From positions 1 to 58,790 of the IMG/VR virus record IMGVR_UViG_3300028844_003404: a DNA stretch of 58,790 nt; one strand, given 5' to 3'. This DNA comes from a virus (lineage: Duplodnaviria > Caudoviricetes). Position numbers and translations under genes: made by a program. Each line of letters begins with the position of its first letter. The stretch's first letter is position 1. The notes below the pieces were generated by a model, which saw nothing but the letters and a program-made list of their open reading frames with translations, did no database searches and had not been told where the DNA came from. Shown piece by piece: positions 58,002 to 58,790 of this stretch.

Positions 58002-58790
58002 CATTAGTAAAATATACCATACAAAATTGTAACGACCAATCAGAGTATAGGTTAACCTTTAATAATGCTACGCACCTAAATTCAGGTGAGATTTGGGATA
58101 TTGAGTGTAATAACATAAATAATGGATGTTATTACATTAATGAAGACACTAATAAAGTTTTAGATGAAATAAATGGAGACGATTGTACATTTATTGAGTA
58201 TGTCGATTGTGAAACATGTGAAGAAGCGAATTTACTTATTTCATCCTTAATGTCGGCACCTGCTCAAAGCTGTTATCGGTGGGATAGATGTGACGCGGGG
58301 TTAGGAAACTTATACACACTAATAACCGACACACCAATAAATGATAGTATTTTATATTACGGAGTGTGTTATGAAATAACCACTATAGTTGTAAATATTG
58401 ACCCTACCGACTTAAGTGGAATACCTAGTAACTTATACTATGATAAATGTTCTATGTGTGTACCTACGTTTTTAGATTGTGATTTAGAGTTCGGTACGGT
58501 TAGTCCTACACCGACACCCACAATAGGCGCAACACCATCAGTCACTGCCACACCATCAATCACCGCTACTCCATCAATTACCGCAACTCCAGGAGCGTCA
58601 ATCACTGCCACACCATCAGTCACTCCATCAATCACTGCCACACCATCAATCACCGCTACTCCAGGAGCGTCAATCACAGCAACTCCATCAATCACTGCAA
58701 CTCCATCAATCACTGCAACTCCATCAATTACCGCAACACCATCCATAACAGCAACACCATCAATCACCGCTACTCCAGGAGAGTCAATCA
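57998..58790 (+). CDS. 3'-truncated Cys-rich, ATPSIT-repeat fibre-like protein (absent from ORF track)
   Basis: ATGA overlap with upstream stop; hand translation MTLVKYTIQNCNDQ...GCYY...DCETC...VCYE...KCSMC...(ATPSIT)n stays open to the window end. Confidence 0.8.
   Translation, partial: MTLVKYTIQNCNDQSEYRLTFNNATHLNSGEIWDIECNNINNGCYYINEDTNKVLDEINGDDCTFIEYVDCETCEEANLLISSLMSAPAQSCYRWDRCDAGLGNLYTLITDTPINDSILYYGVCYEITTIVVNIDPTDLSGIPSNLYYDKCSMCVPTFLDCDLEFGTVSPTPTPTIGATPSVTATPSITATPSITATPGASITATPSVTPSITATPSITATPGASITATPSITATPSITATPSITATPSITATPSITATPGESI
58528..58790 (+). repeat. degenerate 18-bp coding tandem repeat (ATPSIT, with ATPGASIT variants)
   Basis: About 13 units like gcaactccatcaatcact; variation mostly at third codon positions. 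Confidence 0.92.

Noticed and set aside
58438-58767. Minus-strand ORF with VAVIDG repeats
   Set aside because: Antisense shadow of the plus-strand ATPSIT repeat gene starting at 57998.
58528-58790. CRISPR array or DGR template in the tandem repeats (also 1456-1527)
   Set aside because: Units are contiguous, codon-length, vary at wobble positions and have no spacers; no cas or reverse transcriptase gene in the window.

Overview
AT-rich, gene-dense 58.8-kb fragment of a large T4-like contractile-tailed (myovirus) phage genome, truncated inside coding sequence at both ends. Structural genes (neck, tail terminator, sheath, tube, tail assembly chaperone, tape measure, baseplate hub and wedges, Cys-rich/Pro-Thr-repeat fibre-like proteins) are interleaved with replication genes (family B DNA polymerase, SNF2-like helicase, gp32-like SSB, RecA/UvsX, 5'-3' exonuclease, DnaB-like helicase, ribonucleotide reductase). 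Two TTTG-N19/20-TATATTTG promoters, A-rich leaders without Shine-Dalgarno sequences and a class Id-type RNR with the ATP cone on NrdB point to a Bacteroidota host (inference). The most notable observations are: (1) a Mn-SOD fused to a PD-(D/E)xK-like nuclease domain, flanked by candidate prohead-protease sites; (2) a set of small proteins and enzymes sharing such I/L-x-E leaders, a possible capsid cargo system; (3) a tail chaperone with a probable +1 frameshift at TTT-TTT-CGG; (4) a tail sheath gene broken at TTT-TGA; (5) a recurrent TATTTAT late-promoter-like motif; (6) an OmpA-like domain and a transmembrane hairpin inside baseplate-region proteins; (7) apparent GATC and TAG-stop avoidance. 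All functional calls come from motifs and synteny read by eye; no database searches were run.
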